Below, piece by piece: positions 62,459 through 64,000 of a stretch of DNA of 64,000 nt (within the stretch, counting starts at the first letter, position 1; the number at the start of each line of letters is the position of its first letter). The stretch lies in NCBI RefSeq assembly GCF_009914755.1, contig NC_060936.1; one strand, 5' to 3'. This stretch comes from the human T2T-CHM13v2.0 reference genome, Homo sapiens. A model generated the notes under the pieces. That model made no database searches, had not been told where the DNA came from, and saw only the letters and a program-made list of their open reading frames with translations. Position numbers and translations under genes: made by a program.

Positions 62459-64000
62459 CTCTGGGGTAAGCAGGTCAAGAGTCTGAATGTTGTTTGGAGA
62501 ACTTCAAAGATTGATTCGCCCATCTGGTTTTTTTTTTGTTTCTTTGTTTTTTTTATCAGCCCCCCTCACTCTGACTACTTTTTCTCTTGGCCCTGAAACT
62601 CTCTGGTTCCATGTCTGGGGAGAATGGGGGATAACGGTGGGCTGACTGTCTGGGTGGAGATTAATGCTTGGGAGACTGGATACGTGCAAAGTGATTAGGA
62701 CCTACCCAAGAGTCCAACTGCTTCTTATATAAACTCTCAGCCAGTTCTCAGGCTACAAACCATTATAGCCCTTGGGTTTCGTTATACTTGATATTTTTCA
62801 ACATCCTACAGGGAGAATGGGCTTGTTTCTCTCCACTCTCTTCTCTGTATACACATAGGTTTCAGCATTCTCTTATCTACTTAGCCAGTTAGCACCCTTA
62901 TATTTACTTTTATGTTCCAAAAATTTGTTGACCACTCTCATTTGCTATTGTCTTTTCCCTGAGCACCTCCTTAATATTTTTAAGATTTTTATTAGTTTAG
63001 ACTTTTGGAAGGTAATAAATTTTAAGAAACAGTGTCCAATCAACCATATTGAATTGGAAGTCCCAAGTATTAATTTTGTAATGAGAAAAATCAATATTGT
63101 TAAGTCTTAGCTGAGACAAAGCATTTATGAAAAAGGAAGCCTAAGAGAGTTATTCTTTCTCAGTATTTTCTATACTTTAGCATCACAAAGCTGTATGTCT
63201 GAACCACATCATCACAGTGTGTATCTAAAAGTGATAAAAGACAACAACAGCCCTCTGTGGAATGAATGTCTCTGCATGTCCTAAAAACTGCCCTCATGGC
63301 ACTAATTCCTTATCTTGATTACTGTTTACTTAATTTTTTTTTTAACTCAGGGTCAAGAAAACTTTGTACTGGTAGTAAGAAACTTACAATTTTTCTTGTT
63401 TTACTTTTTTTTTGGTCTGGAGAAAGAATGTTTAAAGGTTAGTTTTAAATTCAGTTTCTTTATCTTTAATAAATGTGAATATTTCAAAATCGGGGTATGC
63501 CCTTTACTTTTACCCTTTATGTTTTGTAGACTTTCATCTTTATAAAAACATTTTGGTTGGTGGTAATTCAAATAAAACAATACAAATAATATATAAGTAG
63601 AATTCTGAAATAGAATTCAATGTTAAAAGACAAGTAAACAGAATGTATTTAAAGTTAAAAATATTCTTATTACAATTGCTAATTGTACATAAATGAGATA
63701 CAATTAATTCTATGGATAATAGGGACATATTGCTATTTGTTGAGTGCTCTTTGTACTTTCATCTCCCTTAGCTTCTTTAATCATTTCCTGCTTTGGTTAG
63801 AAGTAAAACAGCTACAATTAATTCTGGCCTCAGCAACTTCCTTCTCTTCTTTGGGTGCAGTCTTTGCTATACTCTGTCTCTGAATTTTGCACCCTACTTC
63901 CAGCTATCTAGATGCTTTGTGAGGTTAGTGGGAGGTATGTATGTTTTAACATTCTGCATGACTCTAATAGAAAATAGAGAAAGAAGGTGTTTTTACACAT

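Larger units (their letters stand above)
59240..63063 (-). mobile_element. HAL1-like LINE, interrupted by Charlie1-type and MER20B-like elements
   Basis: Antisense ORF1-like 'gcctgtgtaaaaatgtcattattttatc..ttgattgacagtttg' at 59470-59520, and the characteristic 5' end 'tccaatcaaccatattgaattggaagtcc' at 63035-63063. Confidence 0.65.

Overview
AT-rich, CpG-depleted primate genomic DNA, most likely catarrhine or human given the AluY and an L1PA2/3-like insert. It looks like deep intron or gene desert. I found no recognisable host protein-coding exon, tRNA, rRNA or CRISPR array, and the only real protein similarities in the ORF track are decayed LINE-1 and CR1/L3 reading frames. About half of the window is interspersed repeat, often nested several levels deep: 9 Alus, L1s of many ages, HAL1, L2, L3, MIR, MaLR LTRs and hAT DNA transposons. 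Many of these have target-site duplications (TSDs) that can be read directly. The most notable observations are: a ~175-bp twin-primed young L1 inserted into ORF1 of an older L1PA7; a TSD-less head-to-head L1/L1 junction; an ancient 5'-inverted L1ME; short dispersed and tandem local duplications; and three largely repeat-free blocks (about 18.55-19.45 kb, 24.9-26.9 kb and 46-51.5 kb) with homeodomain, MEIS, POU and REST/MAF-like motif clusters that resemble developmental enhancers. Repeat subfamily calls come from remembered consensus sequences, and old-repeat boundaries are approximate. I see no evidence of a novel multi-gene system.
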